Source of the DNA: Patescibacteria group bacterium
GTDB lineage: Bacteria > Patescibacteriota > Minisyncoccia > Phycocordibacterales > EsbW-18
DNA: 64,000 nt
NCBI GenBank assembly: GCA_038064475.1
Contig: JBBTTA010000001.1
Location: 187,795-251,794, forward strand
Direction of reading: 5' to 3'
In this document: piece after piece, positions 63,855 to 64,000 of the stretch
Layout of the letters: every line of letters starts with the position of its first letter
Position numbering within the stretch: position 1 is the first letter of the stretch
Notes under the pieces: generated by a model
The model's database searches: none
What the model was told of the DNA's origin: nothing
Seen by the model: only the letters and a program-made list of their open reading frames with translations
Position numbers and translations under genes: made by a program

Positions 63855-64000
63855 ATGCAGCCACGAGGACCGACGAGAGGGGCTGTCAAAAAGCGCGGCT
63901 TCATCGACGGCCGGCAGCGCGGCAGGAAAGCAATCATCAGGTTCAGCTCGCCTTCCGGCTCGCAACGCAGTGGATTTGTCCGCTGTCGGCAGCGCGGAGT
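63855..64000 (+). CDS. 5' end of an Arg-rich, high-GC ORF (MQPRGPTRGAVKKRGFIDGRQRGRK...) that runs off the window.
   Basis: A strong SD (ggaaaggagaagtgggtATG) precedes it. Local GC is above 60%, unlike the surrounding DNA. Confidence 0.3.
   Translation, partial: MQPRGPTRGAVKKRGFIDGRQRGRKAIIRFSSPSGSQRSGFVRCRQRG

Noticed and set aside
63880-64000. Possible tmRNA 5' end (GGGGCTG…TTCATCGACGG resembling the GGGGxxGATTCGACGGG tRNA-like domain).
   Set aside because: The match is weak. The segment is preceded by a strong SD and ATG that suggest a protein-coding gene, and the remainder lies outside the window, so it cannot be evaluated.

Overview
This is a low-GC (~42-45%) bacterial segment with small, tightly packed genes and frequent 1-10 nt gene overlaps. 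I infer a CPR/Patescibacteria (Parcubacteria-like) origin from the split transketolase, short PheS, and EF-Ts of 154 aa. That inference is also supported by the many glycosyltransferases, a lamin-tail-domain protein and a VirD4-like ATPase.

The window holds three blocks:
(1) About 1-31.5 kb is a housekeeping block. It carries pheT-pheS, a TSCPD protein, tRNA-Thr(UGU), tsf, rpsB, prfA, rpmE, rplY, fba, a PfkB kinase and split tkt. It also carries rpe, rpiB, gap, gatB, obg, a MYG1-family protein, dedA, secA and murB.
(2) About 31.5-57.5 kb is a large cell-surface glycan locus. It encodes a tandem LamG protein, an O-antigen-ligase-like/TPR protein, Wzx, gmd and fcl, a GT11 alpha-1,2-fucosyltransferase and nine GT4 and two GT2 proteins. 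A GT39-like protein, four FkbM and two class I methyltransferases, and GtrA proteins complete it.
(3) About 57.4-63.5 kb encodes a lamin-tail/PKD surface protein and a small operon ending in a VirD4/TraD-like coupling ATPase.

The most notable feature is a complete diversity-generating retroelement (DGR) at 5.34-8.17 kb. It sits between rpsB and the 3' end of prfA and is flanked by 45-bp direct repeats that copy the prfA 3' end. It comprises a Brt-like reverse transcriptase, an Avd-like four-helix-bundle gene on the opposite strand, and a template repeat (TR). The variable repeat (VR) lies at the C-terminus of a high-GC target gene. TR and VR differ at about 25 positions, every one at a TR adenine. 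A GC hairpin follows the VR and a consensus sigma70 promoter drives the target.

Other items worth a second look:
- an NlpC/P60-like domain inserted in frame in the B5 region of PheT;
- palindromic elements inside the coupling-ATPase gene;
- a recurring GGGGTCAGACCCC palindrome;
- a 30-aa Lys/Ala-rich ORF next to a perfect 18-bp palindrome;
- a duplicated transketolase 5' end with a promoter-like sequence;
- several high-GC islets.

All coordinates come from hand reading, may be off by a few nt, and need computational confirmation.
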